From an uncultured Verrucomicrobiae bacterium (lineage in GTDB: Bacteria > Verrucomicrobiota > Verrucomicrobiia > Limisphaerales > Palsa-1400), in assembly GCA_963702845.1 (NCBI GenBank), contig OY969763.1, positions 704,001 through 768,000 on the forward strand: DNA of 64,000 bases. Direction: 5' to 3'. Made by a program: the position numbers and the translations under genes. Below, piece after piece: positions 50,690-60,465 of the stretch (the stretch's first letter is position 1; every line of letters starts with the position of its first letter). Below the pieces are notes generated by a model, which ran no database searches, was not told the DNA's origin, and saw only the letters and a list, made by a program, of their open reading frames with translations.

Positions 50690-51466
50690 ATGAAAGGGAA
50701 ATTCTCTCGCAGAAAATTTTTGTCGTGTTCGCTTTTGGCATCGCCGGCGATTTTAGGCGCGGACGCGTGTATGGTGGAGCCACAATGGCTGAAGGTGAAG
50801 ACGGTCCGGGTTTCGGACGCGCCCACCCATCGCATCGTTCACGTCACGGATATTCATCACAAGGGCGATTGTCCGTATCTGGAGACGGTTGTTAATACGA
50901 TCAATAGTTTGTCGCCGGACGCGGTTTGTTTCACGGGGGATTTGATCGAGAAGGCCCATTATTTGCCGGAAGCGCTGGCTTTCATGCGCAATATCAAGGC
51001 GCCGATTTATGGCGTGCCGGGCAATCACGATTATTGGAGCAAGTGCAAGTTCAGTGACATTGAAGAGTGTTTCGTCAATTCTGGCGGTGCGTGGCTAATG
51101 GATAAGCAGGTGCGCAGTCACGACGGCAAATTGCATTTCACGGGCGCAACGTGTTTGAACTGGGGCAAGCCGCGGGTGCATGCGCCACAAGTCTCGGGCA
51201 AGAACATCATGTTGATGCATTACCCGCTCTTTGTGGAGAAGCTCGCGCCGCATAAGTTCGATTTGATCCTCGCGGGACATTCGCACGGTGGGCAGGTGCG
51301 GATTCCATTTGTGGGGCCGTTGATCGTGCCGTTTTGGGTTGGGCGATATGATATGGGGTTGTACGAAACAGAGGCCGGGCCGTTGTATGTGAACCCGGGG
51401 ATTGGGTATATCGCGACTTCGATCCGGTTTAATTGTCGGCCGGAATTGACGGTGTTTGAAGTGTGA
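50690..51466 (+). CDS. Tat-type metallophosphoesterase (YkuE-like)
   Basis: SRRKFL; TDIH, TGDL, GNHD, GHSHGGQ. Confidence 0.9.
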   Translation: MKGKFSRRKFLSCSLLASPAILGADACMVEPQWLKVKTVRVSDAPTHRIVHVTDIHHKGDCPYLETVVNTINSLSPDAVCFTGDLIEKAHYLPEALAFMRNIKAPIYGVPGNHDYWSKCKFSDIEECFVNSGGAWLMDKQVRSHDGKLHFTGATCLNWGKPRVHAPQVSGKNIMLMHYPLFVEKLAPHKFDLILAGHSHGGQVRIPFVGPLIVPFWVGRYDMGLYETEAGPLYVNPGIGYIATSIRFNCRPELTVFEV

Positions 51467-51487
51467 GGTTTATAGCCGGCGTTGACC

Positions 51488-51556
51488 GGTAGGGCGAGGC
51501 TCCTGCCGAGCCATTTCCGGGTGCAACGCGATGGGAAAGAAAGGCTCGGCCCTACC
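51488..51556. repeat. GTAG-type REP pair (REPIN-like, second arm internally deleted) between convergent genes
   Basis: GGTAGGGCGAGGCTCCTGCCGAGCC ... GGCTCGGCCCTACC. Confidence 0.65.
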
Positions 51557-52446
51557 TAGAGTTTGCCCTCGTCCTGAAGGCGCTGGACTTCGGCGGTGTA
51601 ACCCTGGCGGAACGTCGGGTATTTCAATTGGCAGCCGAGTTCCATTCTCAATTTGCGATTCAAAACTTTCTTCTGCGTCAACGCGCGTTTGCCTTCGGGT
51701 GTTTCTGTTTCAGGCACGAACTCGGGCATGTCTTTGCCGAGCGTTTCGGACAGCCAACGGAAGAAGTGGATTTGAGGAACGGGTTCGTCGTCGACAGCAT
51801 TGTAGATTTCACCGGGGCGACCGTTCTTTAATGCGGTGATGATGCAGCCCACGACGTCATCGCGATGAATCATGTTCAAGAGGCGATCGCCTTTGCCGGG
51901 AATGGTGGCGTCGTCGGCGAGATACTGTTTGAACAGATGGCCGCGATCGGGTCCGTAAATTCCGGCAACGCGCAGGATGACGGCGGGGAATTTTTTGTCG
52001 CGGACGGCTTTGAGAAGTTCGTTCTCGGTTTGGACGAGGACCTGGGCGGTTTCGGCGACCGGCTGCGTGAGGCTTCCTTCTTTTACCATTGAACCGTCGG
52101 TTTGACCGTAGACGCTGGTGCTACTGGTGTAGACAAATTTTTTGGGAGGCGCGGCGCTGAGCCAATCGATGAGGTTGCGCGTGCCCTCGAGATAGACTTG
52201 TTGATATTGGCTGGGACCGCCGTGACCCGAGGCGGTTGTGTTCACGACCCAATCGAAGCCGGTGGGGAGTTGGTTGAGGCTTTCGCGATTTGAAACGTCA
52301 GCAACGAGCGAGGTGATGCCGGCTTGTTCCAACTCCGCGGAGCGTTTCCCACTGCGCGTCACGCCGCAAACCTCGTGGCCCAATCGAATCAGTTCAACGC
52401 CAAGTGGGAAACCTACATAGCCGCAGCCGACAACTAAAACACGCAT
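51556..52446 (-). CDS. atypical SDR / NAD-dependent epimerase (YeeZ-like)
   Basis: VVGCGYVG, TSSTSVYG, LRVAGIYGP, IHRDDV, LKYPTFRQG. Confidence 0.88.
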   Translation of the reverse strand: MRVLVVGCGYVGFPLGVELIRLGHEVCGVTRSGKRSAELEQAGITSLVADVSNRESLNQLPTGFDWVVNTTASGHGGPSQYQQVYLEGTRNLIDWLSAAPPKKFVYTSSTSVYGQTDGSMVKEGSLTQPVAETAQVLVQTENELLKAVRDKKFPAVILRVAGIYGPDRGHLFKQYLADDATIPGKGDRLLNMIHRDDVVGCIITALKNGRPGEIYNAVDDEPVPQIHFFRWLSETLGKDMPEFVPETETPEGKRALTQKKVLNRKLRMELGCQLKYPTFRQGYTAEVQRLQDEGKL

Positions 52447-52525
52447 TTGTACAGTTAACCACCGGTGGACTCGCGCACCAATTAAAATTGGTGTCAGTGC
52501 GTTTCGGCATTACATTGCCGACCGC

Positions 52526-55018
52526 ATGTTAGCTGATGCCCCCAGTGTGAAATCTGCCGTCCGGACGCAAATCCCGGAATTACTCGCCCCTGCCGGCGAT
52601 TGGGATTGCGCCAAGGCTGCGGTCGAGAATGGCGCGGATGCGATTTACTTCGGCCTCGAGCGGTTCAACGCGCGCATGCGAGCGCATAATTTCACTGAGG
52701 CCGATTTGCCGAAGTTGATGGAATTTTTGCACAGCCGCGGCGTGAAGGGTTACGTCACTTTTAACACCCTTATTTTTGCCAACGAACTCCCGGAGGCGGA
52801 GAAATATATTCGCACGATTATCGCTGCGGGCGTGGATGCAGCGATTGTGCAGGACGTGGGGATTTGTCGGCTGATTCGGCAGATGTCGCCGGATTTTCCC
52901 ATTCATGCGTCCACGCAAATGACGGTGACGAGCGCGGCGGGCGTGGAGTTCGCGCGCGAGCTTGGATGCAGCCTCGTCGTGCTGGCGCGGGAGTGTTCGA
53001 TTAAAGAGATCGAGAAAATCGAGGCGGCGCAGAAGGCGTTTCCGTTGGAGGTTTTTGTTCATGGAGCGTTGTGCGTCGCGTATTCGGGGCAGTGTCTGAC
53101 GAGCGAGGCGCTGGGCGGACGTTCGGCCAATCGCGGGGAATGCGCCCAGGCGTGTCGCATGCCGTATGATTTGATTTCGGACGAGCAGCAGATTGATTTG
53201 GGTGACCGCCGTTATTTGCTCAGCCCGCAGGATTTGGCGGGGATGGAAGTTTTGCCGGAATTGGTGCGCGCGGGTGTGGCTTCGTTGAAAATTGAAGGGC
53301 GTTTGAAAACGCCGGAATACGTGGCAAACATCACGCGGGTTTACCGCAAAGCGCTCGATCAGATTTCGCAAGGGCTCACAAAGGCCGGTGCTGCTTCGGA
53401 TCGCTACGATTTGGAAATGGGTTTTTCGCGCGGCCTTTACACCGGTTGGTTCGGCGGCGTCAACAACCAGGAGTTGGTGCATGCGCGGTTTGGAAAGAAA
53501 CGCGGGGTTTATCTCGGTGAAGTTCGGCGCGTTTTAAATGGCTTTGTCTCGCTGAAATTGGAAGCGCCTTTGAAACGTGGCGACGGCGTTGTGTTTGATG
53601 CGGGGCATCCGGATCAGCAGGAGGAAGGCGGGCGGGTTTATGATGTTCGTTTGCGCAATGGAGAAGCGACGATTGCGTTCGGTGATCATGATGTTGATTT
53701 TTCGCGGGTGAAGTTGGGCGATAAACTTTGGAAAACGAGTGATCCGGAACTGGAACGGGAATTGCGCAAAACGTTTTCGGCTGAAACTCCACAATTTACG
53801 CGGCCCCTTACTTTGGAAGTTCATGGACACGCTGGTGCGCCCATGACCGTGATCGCGCGTGACGAGATGGGGAACATTTCGCAACAGCGCTCGACGATGG
53901 ATTTGCAGATTGCGCAAAAGCAACCGATCATGACAGAACGATTGCAAGATCAGCTTGGGCGACTTGGCGGGACGGCTTTGCACCTCGGCTCATTGGATAA
54001 TCGGTTGGAAGGAAATGTCATTTTGCCGATGAGTGAGTTGAACCGGATGCGGCGGGATTTGGTTGTGGAGATTGCGAACCTGCGAGCGCAGCCGAAGCGG
54101 TGGACGCTGAGCGATTACGAATTGCGGATTCCGAAAAACGAATCGAGCGGTGAGAGTTCGAAGCAGGAAGCCGAATTGATTGTGCTCGCGCGCAACATTC
54201 CGCAACTGGAAGCGGCGGTCGGCGCGCACGTCAAAACAATTTACTGCGAGTTTGAAGATCCGAAGAAGTACCGCGACGCGGTCGCGTTGTTCCGGAAACT
54301 GACGGTTGGTAATCGTGACGCCGCCATTTTTGTCGCGCCCCCGCGCATTGCGAAGACCGGTGAGGAATGGATTTTAAAACAGGTGCGGTCGTCTGATGCC
54401 GATGGATATTTGGTTCGCAACTACGATGACCTGAAGTTTTTTGCGGATTGCCGGCGTGTTGGGGATTTTTCCTTCAATGTCGCGAATCCGATGACGGCGC
54501 AATATTTCAAAGAGAAATTTGGATTGGAGCGGCTGACCGCGTCATACGATTTGAATGTTCTGCAATTGGAATCGTTGCTGAAGAGCGCGCCGCCGGAATG
54601 GTTTGAAATCACCATCCATCAGCACATGCCGATGTTTCACATGGAGCATTGCGTGTTCTGCGCCTTTTTGTCGAAGGGTACCGATTTCACGAATTGCGGT
54701 CGGCCTTGCGATACGCACCAGGTAAAACTGCGCGATCGTGTCGGTTTGGAACACCCTTTGAAGGCTGACGCCGGTTGCCGCAACACGGTGTTCAACGCAC
54801 GTGCGCAGACCGGCGCGGAGTATGCGGCGACTCTCTTGGCGCTGGGTGTTCGGAATTTCCGGATTGAGTTTGTGAATGAATCTCCGAGTGAGGTCGCCAC
54901 GACGATTGCGAGATATCGGGCGTTGTTACGTGGGGAGATTTCCGGGTCGCAATTGTGGCGCGAGTTAAAGCTGCACAATCAGCTTGGCGTGACGCGCGGC
55001 AGCTTGGACAAAGTCTAG
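52526..55018 (+). CDS. peptidase U32 family protein with DUF3656 (RlhA-like RNA hydroxylase)
   Basis: ELLAPAG, GADAIYFG, HASTQM, HGALCVAYSGQC...RGECAQACR, KIEGR. Confidence 0.88.
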   Translation: MLADAPSVKSAVRTQIPELLAPAGDWDCAKAAVENGADAIYFGLERFNARMRAHNFTEADLPKLMEFLHSRGVKGYVTFNTLIFANELPEAEKYIRTIIAAGVDAAIVQDVGICRLIRQMSPDFPIHASTQMTVTSAAGVEFARELGCSLVVLARECSIKEIEKIEAAQKAFPLEVFVHGALCVAYSGQCLTSEALGGRSANRGECAQACRMPYDLISDEQQIDLGDRRYLLSPQDLAGMEVLPELVRAGVASLKIEGRLKTPEYVANITRVYRKALDQISQGLTKAGAASDRYDLEMGFSRGLYTGWFGGVNNQELVHARFGKKRGVYLGEVRRVLNGFVSLKLEAPLKRGDGVVFDAGHPDQQEEGGRVYDVRLRNGEATIAFGDHDVDFSRVKLGDKLWKTSDPELERELRKTFSAETPQFTRPLTLEVHGHAGAPMTVIARDEMGNISQQRSTMDLQIAQKQPIMTERLQDQLGRLGGTALHLGSLDNRLEGNVILPMSELNRMRRDLVVEIANLRAQPKRWTLSDYELRIPKNESSGESSKQEAELIVLARNIPQLEAAVGAHVKTIYCEFEDPKKYRDAVALFRKLTVGNRDAAIFVAPPRIAKTGEEWILKQVRSSDADGYLVRNYDDLKFFADCRRVGDFSFNVANPMTAQYFKEKFGLERLTASYDLNVLQLESLLKSAPPEWFEITIHQHMPMFHMEHCVFCAFLSKGTDFTNCGRPCDTHQVKLRDRVGLEHPLKADAGCRNTVFNARAQTGAEYAATLLALGVRNFRIEFVNESPSEVATTIARYRALLRGEISGSQLWRELKLHNQLGVTRGSLDKV

Positions 55019-55039
55019 CTGCCGAGGTAACGACGCATG

Positions 55040-55879
55040 CTATCGAAGTCGAATTTGGGGAGGCGCGGCGACGTAGTCCGCGACGGTAAGCGATGCCTCC
55101 GGGTGCGTGCGCATGAATGAAGCCGGGCATTTTGCGGTGACTGGCCCATGTAAGACGCGACGGACAACAGCGCTTTGCCACGGACGATTGCAGTAAAAAC
55201 GCAGGCGTCGCGATTCCAAAATTTCTTTCATCCCCACGGTCACGGCGCGATGTGGAATGATCGTAATTTCTCCGCCAACGGTAACTGAGTTAATCGTACG
55301 CGTTTCGCGGGTAAGGTTCAGGACGCGAGTCGGAAGTGCGGCGAATTCTTTATCGGTAATTTTTTCCTGAGCTTCAGGCGGCTCGTTAAACGCCATGTGG
55401 CCGTTGATGCCAATGCCACCGAAGCACGCATCAACGCCGCCGCGCGCTTGAATCAATTTGCCGATGTCGCCGCATCGTTGCGGGTCAGGAAAGACGCGGT
55501 TTTCCGGTTTTGGCGCGAGCTGCGGGTCGAGCACATCGTAAAACAAACGATTCATGTAACCGCGGAAACTGAGTGGGTGATCAATTGGAATCCATCGGTC
55601 GTCGTCGGTCAGATATTCATCCATGTTGATGAGGGCGACGTCGCGAATGTTCAGCCGCTCTTTGTTGATTCGCTTGGCCAGAATGGCGAATTGATCAACT
55701 GGGCCGACCGGGACGATGAGCGTGGCATTTCGTCCTTCTTTTTTTGCGCCGACAATTTCATCAAACATGTCCTGCGCAACGGCTTCGCCGATCGAGGCCA
55801 TGTCGGTCTTGATAGTGACCTTGACGTTGTTGCCTTTGCCAAGGTCGCTCGCCGGAATCGTTAGGTAATCGGGAAGCAC
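55040..55879 (-). CDS. glucosamine-6-phosphate isomerase/deaminase-like (NagB fold) protein
   Basis: INMDEY, HPLSFRGYM, GGIGINGHMAFNEP. Confidence 0.82.
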   Translation of the reverse strand: MLPDYLTIPASDLGKGNNVKVTIKTDMASIGEAVAQDMFDEIVGAKKEGRNATLIVPVGPVDQFAILAKRINKERLNIRDVALINMDEYLTDDDRWIPIDHPLSFRGYMNRLFYDVLDPQLAPKPENRVFPDPQRCGDIGKLIQARGGVDACFGGIGINGHMAFNEPPEAQEKITDKEFAALPTRVLNLTRETRTINSVTVGGEITIIPHRAVTVGMKEILESRRLRFYCNRPWQSAVVRRVLHGPVTAKCPASFMRTHPEASLTVADYVAAPPQIRLR

Positions 55880-55881
55880 AA

Positions 55882-56844
55882 TCAGGCGAGGAAAGCGCTG
55901 GTGGTCAGGTGACGCAGATCGTGCGCGGCATCGGCACGTACCATTTCGTAGAACAGATGTGTCATTCCGCCGACCTGGTGCGCATCGATGTAGCGTAAGG
56001 ATTTCGACCCATGCGGACTGGTGTAGCGCGGACCTTGCGGTGTTTCAACTTTCCAGGTTTTCAAATCACTCGAAACCGCGACCCCGGTTTTTTCTTCGTA
56101 GTTTTCATGGTGGCCAGCGCTGCCATCGTAAAAGGCGATGAATTGTCCGTTGCTCGAAACGATGCTGTTAATGCGGCGGCAATAGCAGTCCCAGCCTTGG
56201 CCTTCGGGTTTTAGCACGACGCCTTCCCATTTCCAGTTGTCTAAATCGTTAGATGTCGCAAGCCCCGTCGCCGAAACACATTCGCCGGTGTTGTAAATGT
56301 CGAGAGTCGAATGCGATTTGTCTGACGTTTTCGTCGTCGGCAGCGCGATGCTCAGGAACATATAGAACTTGCCCGCTTGCTCAAAAATAAATGGATCTTT
56401 GACCCCTTCGAGACCGAGTGGTTTGGCTTTGAAAATGGATTTGCGTGTTGCTGGATCAAACTTGCGAGGATCGCGCGCTGAAATGATATCGGTGCACCAA
56501 CGGCCATCAGCAGGATCGACGTAGCTGGTGTAATAGCGCCAGGTGCCGTCGGCGCCTTTGCGAATGGCGCTCCGTTCGATGGAGGCGGAATCGTATTTAT
56601 CTTTTCTGACGGTCCAGATGTCTTCCCAATTTTTCAAATCGGTCGAGCGCGCGATGCGGGCTTCGCCGCCGCGGTCCGGTTCGACTCCGCGTGGACGACG
56701 GATGCGATAGGTGACATACCAGGCGTTTTCGTCGGCATCGTAGAACGCGCCCGGTGCGCCGGCCCAATAGCCGTTGCCCGGTGCAACGGGTTCGCGAACG
56801 ACAGTGCCCGAGAGAAACTGTTCGGCCGTGAGAGAAGTTTTCAT
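55882..56844 (-). CDS. putative five-bladed beta-propeller glycosidase-like protein
   Basis: repeated S.DL..W blades, GVKDP; no signal peptide. Confidence 0.6.
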   Translation of the reverse strand: MKTSLTAEQFLSGTVVREPVAPGNGYWAGAPGAFYDADENAWYVTYRIRRPRGVEPDRGGEARIARSTDLKNWEDIWTVRKDKYDSASIERSAIRKGADGTWRYYTSYVDPADGRWCTDIISARDPRKFDPATRKSIFKAKPLGLEGVKDPFIFEQAGKFYMFLSIALPTTKTSDKSHSTLDIYNTGECVSATGLATSNDLDNWKWEGVVLKPEGQGWDCYCRRINSIVSSNGQFIAFYDGSAGHHENYEEKTGVAVSSDLKTWKVETPQGPRYTSPHGSKSLRYIDAHQVGGMTHLFYEMVRADAAHDLRHLTTSAFLA

Positions 56845-56907
56845 GCAGCGTGATTTTTAATGCTGCATTGAAGTTCTTCAATAAGATTTCAACGCGAGGA
56901 TTTGAGG

Positions 56908-56935
56908 CGCCCGCCTTCGCTGAAGCTTCGGCGCG
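56908..56935. repeat. short REP-like palindrome downstream of the tRNA
   Basis: CGCCCGCCTTCGCTGAAGCTTCGGCGCG. Confidence 0.45.
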
Positions 56936-56958
56936 ACATTTTTGCCGGGAAGCAAAAA

Positions 56959-57050
56959 TGGCGGAGAAGGGGGGATTCGAACCCCCGGTACGATTTTACT
57001 CGTACAACGGTTTAGCAAACCGCCGCTTTAGGCCACTCAGCCACCTCTCC
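56959..57050 (-). tRNA. tRNA-Ser (anticodon GCU)
   Basis: reverse complement GGAGAGGTGGCTGAGTGGCCTAAAGCGGCGGTTTGCTAAACCGT...long variable arm...GGTTCGAATCCCCCCTTCTCCGCCA; encoded CCA. Confidence 0.96.
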
Positions 57051-57122
57051 GCTAATCCGGCTACACTAGCACGTGACCCCATAACAAAAAAGCAGAATTT
57101 GCGTTAGATGCGAATGACGGTT

Positions 57123-58337
57123 TTAGCGCACAACCGCCGTGTTTTTTGTTGGCAATGTCAGGACGAGCAGGATCCCTGCGGCGAAAAGAGCGGCACTGTA
57201 GCCGAATGCCACAGCGATTCCCATGCTCGCCCAAAGCGCCCCAACCACAATGCTGGAGACAAAGTCGCCAAGACCATTCACCGTCGCCAGCACGCCGAAG
57301 GCCAGGCCGTGTTGGGAATCGTCGACCAGTTCGGCGCAGAGCGAGTCTTCCAATGTTTCTTCAAGAGCGACGTTGGTGCCGCCGAGAATAAAGATAAGCG
57401 CGAGTGTCCACACATTGGCCGGAAGGAAAATGATCGCGAGCGCCATCAGCAGCGCCAACGTGTAACCAACCGCCAGCATGAGACGTTTCGGAAAATGATC
57501 GCCCAACCACCCGCCCACGTAAGCGGACCCGGCGTACGCAACATTGTGCAAGACATACAATCCGACCGCGATGCTGGCGGCGCGATTTACGCCCCAAACC
57601 GGCGTCAGCCGCTGAGTTGCCAACAAAATCAGCAGCGTGTGAGCAAAAGCACCTGCACCGAATAACCCAACGGCAATCACGAATCGCCGATAAATGGGGG
57701 GCAACATTTTGAGACGTTGTCCGAATGAAATGTGCGGAACCGGTTTGCGTTCCTTCTCGCGAACGAGGAATGCGATCAAAGCCGCGGCAATCAAGCTTGG
57801 GATCAGTGTCACCGCAAACAGCCGCGGGTATTGATGATGAAATATCGGCAGCAGGATGAACGCGGTGGCCGGCCCGACAATGGCGCCGCACGTGTCCATC
57901 ATGCGTTCGAACCCGAAGGCTCGACCGTACGTTTCGCGACTCACCGCTCCGGCGAGCAATGCTTTGCGCACAGGTGTTCTGACGCCGCGCCCGAGCCACG
58001 CGCACGAGCGCGCGATCAAAACATGCCACGCAGAAGTCGCCAACCCGAACGCGGCAGTGCCAAGTCCGGTGACAATATATCCAACCACCGCGATTGGTTT
58101 GCGCCGTTGCAAATGATCGGTGAAATATCCGGACCCCATTTTGGCGAAGCTGGAGAGGCCATCGGAAACACCTTCGATGATGCCAAGCCATGCAGCCGCC
58201 GCGCCCATCGACGCGAGAAAAGCAGGCATGACGGTCGTGGCGATTTCGTGCGACCAATCGCTGAACAACGATGCCAGTCCAATGCCCAAGACTGTGCTGT
58301 TTAACCAACCGCGTTTCTGTTCGCGCCCGTTTTTCAC
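57123..58337 (-). CDS. MFS transporter
   Basis: SLFSDWSHE, GRGVRTPVRKALL, GRAFGFERMMDTCGA, GGWLGDH; ~12 TM. Confidence 0.9.
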   Translation of the reverse strand: MKNGREQKRGWLNSTVLGIGLASLFSDWSHEIATTVMPAFLASMGAAAAWLGIIEGVSDGLSSFAKMGSGYFTDHLQRRKPIAVVGYIVTGLGTAAFGLATSAWHVLIARSCAWLGRGVRTPVRKALLAGAVSRETYGRAFGFERMMDTCGAIVGPATAFILLPIFHHQYPRLFAVTLIPSLIAAALIAFLVREKERKPVPHISFGQRLKMLPPIYRRFVIAVGLFGAGAFAHTLLILLATQRLTPVWGVNRAASIAVGLYVLHNVAYAGSAYVGGWLGDHFPKRLMLAVGYTLALLMALAIIFLPANVWTLALIFILGGTNVALEETLEDSLCAELVDDSQHGLAFGVLATVNGLGDFVSSIVVGALWASMGIAVAFGYSAALFAAGILLVLTLPTKNTAVVR

Positions 58338-59731
58338 GTTTTCGCGCAGCGCTTCTCAGCTTTCACCGCTTTAGGACCTGCGGGCCACTCAGGTGGATCG
58401 GTTCGGGCGGTCTTGAGATAGTTTTCGATCTTTGCAATCACCTTCGGGTTTTCGGTGGCGACATCTTTTTGTTCGTGCGGATCAGATTTCAGATTGTATA
58501 GCTCCAACGGCTTTCCGTTATGACGGACGGCTTTCCAATCGCCCATGCGCACGCCTTGTTCGAAACCGCGTTCGTGAAATTCCCAGTAGAGAAATTGATG
58601 ATTCTTTTGATGTTTGTCGAGCAGGGCAGGGCGCATGGAAATGCCGTCGATGCCCGATGGTGCGTTCGCGCCGCCGACGTCAGCGATGGTTGGCAACAAA
58701 TCCCAGTGCGCTAACACCTGGTCACTGACAGTTCCCGATTTGATATGTCCCGGCCAGCGCGCGATCATCGGAACGCGAATCCCACCTTCGTATAAATCAC
58801 GTTTGATGCCGCGCAATCCTCCGGTGCTATTGAAGTACGCCGGATTGGCCCCGCCCTCCGCGTGAGCGCCGTTGTCGCTGGTGAAAATAATCAGCGTATT
58901 TGAGTCCAGTCCCAACTCCTTCAGCAGAGCGGAGAGGCGGCCGACATCGCGATCCAGTCGCGTGATCATGCCAGCGAACGCGGCGAGAGGATGATCGGTT
59001 TTGACGTAAAGATTTCGACCCGCCGTATACGGCTGCTCCGGAAACTTCCCGAGAAATGGCTGCAACGAATCGTCAGGAACATCCATTCCGGCATGAGGAA
59101 CCGTGACCGCGAGGTAGATAAAAAATGGGCCATCCTTGTGACGGCGAACGAAGTCGAGGGTATTACTTACAATCAAATCGTGGCTGTAAAATTTACGGTT
59201 GAGTTGAACCTTCCCGGAGTTGTTCCACATGAACTCCGGGTAGTAAACGTGAGGCTCGTTGTGATCCAGATAGCCGAAAAATTCATCAAAGCCCTTATTG
59301 GCCGGAGCACCTGAATTTTCCAATTCGCCGAGGCCCCATTTGCCGAAGACGCCTGTGCTATAGCCGGCCTTCTTCAAAACCTCAGCAATGGTAGTGTCTT
59401 GCGGTTCCAAAATACCGCCCTTTTTGCCGCGATGACCGTTGCCGCGAATTCGAGAATGGCCAGTATGCATTCCCGTCATCAACGCACATCGTGACGGAGC
59501 GCAAACCGTGTCTCCAGCGTAAGCCTGGGTGAAGCGCATCCCTTCTTGCGCCAGGCGGTCAAGATTCGGCGTGCTGAACTTTTTCTGCCCATAACAACTG
59601 AGGTCGCCATAGCCGAGGTCATCAGCATTTATCAAAATGATATTCGGTTTGGTGTCGGCCTTTATAGGTTGCGCCGTGAACAGCGGAACAGCGACGGCTA
59701 TCAGGCCGAAAAAACGTGCGGCGTGCTTCAT
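58334..59731 (-). CDS. arylsulfatase (Cys-type, secreted)
   Basis: PNIILINADDLG, CAPSRCALMTG, GKWGLG, FTSDNG, LYEGGIRVP. Confidence 0.93.
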   Translation of the reverse strand: MKHAARFFGLIAVAVPLFTAQPIKADTKPNIILINADDLGYGDLSCYGQKKFSTPNLDRLAQEGMRFTQAYAGDTVCAPSRCALMTGMHTGHSRIRGNGHRGKKGGILEPQDTTIAEVLKKAGYSTGVFGKWGLGELENSGAPANKGFDEFFGYLDHNEPHVYYPEFMWNNSGKVQLNRKFYSHDLIVSNTLDFVRRHKDGPFFIYLAVTVPHAGMDVPDDSLQPFLGKFPEQPYTAGRNLYVKTDHPLAAFAGMITRLDRDVGRLSALLKELGLDSNTLIIFTSDNGAHAEGGANPAYFNSTGGLRGIKRDLYEGGIRVPMIARWPGHIKSGTVSDQVLAHWDLLPTIADVGGANAPSGIDGISMRPALLDKHQKNHQFLYWEFHERGFEQGVRMGDWKAVRHNGKPLELYNLKSDPHEQKDVATENPKVIAKIENYLKTARTDPPEWPAGPKAVKAEKRCAKT

Positions 59732-59883
59732 AACAAGGTTAAGGACGGTCGGGTTTTCGCTAAGGTTTCCTCAGAATTGGACTGCCCCAAAGTGTCCCAA
59801 AAATTGGACGCGAATGGGACGGTTTTCTCAAAAGAGATACACAAACACGTGGATTTAAAGGGGTTTTGCCTAGGTAAGTTCGT

Positions 59884-59899
59884 TGGCACGCCGATAGCT
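59884..59899 (+). promoter_or_regulatory. sigma54 -24/-12 promoter
   Basis: TGGCACGCCGATAGCT: GG-N10-GC, one mismatch to TGGCACGNNNNTTGC. Confidence 0.6.
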
Positions 59900-59909
59900 A
59901 TTATCATAA

Positions 59910-59982
59910 TTGCGTGTCTCACCAAGCCGCGTGTGCGGTTTGGGCGGGGTCCGGTGTAGCTCAACAGCCGGATCCCGTTTTT
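59910..59982 (+). ncRNA. candidate sigma54-dependent small RNA (two hairpins + U-tract)
   Basis: starts at the predicted +1; hairpin CCAAGCCGC-GTGT-GCGGTTTGG, then GCGGGGTCCGG...CCGGATCCCGT followed by TTTT. Confidence 0.45.
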
Positions 59983-59996
59983 CCTGTACCCACGTC

Positions 59997-60033
59997 AAAA
60001 AGGAAAACCACAGACTTTCGGTCTGTGGTTTCC
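59997..60033 (-). terminator. Rho-independent terminator of the SWIB gene
   Basis: on the - strand GGAAACCACAGAC-CGAAA-GTCTGTGGTTTTCC followed by TTTTT. Confidence 0.8.
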
Positions 60034-60114
60034 GTGCTTAAAGCGAGCAAAATAGCGGCGTCTCAGGGTTCCACTTACACCCCTCGTCGCGACCGTTGCA
60101 GCGGATCAGCGCAG

Positions 60115-60384
60115 TTATTTCTTCAAATGACCAGAGACGAGCTTGGTCATTTCGAACATGCTGACCGACTTCTTACCATCGAAGACAGCCTTGAGATTAT
60201 CGTCGGCGTTAATCTGGGTCCTCTTGACTTTGTCCTGCAGGCCATTCTTGCGAATGTAGTCCCACAGTTTTTTGGTCAGTTCGGTGCGCGGAAGGGGACT
60301 GCTGCCGACAACTTTCGACAACAGATCGTCCGGCTGAACCGGTTTCATGAAAGCTGCACTTGGTTTTCTTTTTGTAGTAGCCAT
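60115..60384 (-). CDS. standalone SWIB/MDM2 domain protein
   Basis: AFMKPVQP...LPRTELTKKLWDYIRKNGLQD...INADDNLKAVF...VSMFEMTKLVSGHL. Confidence 0.93.
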   Translation of the reverse strand: MATTKRKPSAAFMKPVQPDDLLSKVVGSSPLPRTELTKKLWDYIRKNGLQDKVKRTQINADDNLKAVFDGKKSVSMFEMTKLVSGHLKK

Positions 60385-60465
60385 GCCTTGTATCTGTACT
60401 TTCCTGGTTCAGATTGCAACATATTTATTGTTGACACATTCGGGCCAACAACAGTCGCAATCGTG

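Noticed and set aside
56959..57050. tRNA-Ser as integration site of an island
   Set aside because: No duplicated tRNA 3' end and no integrase seen in the window
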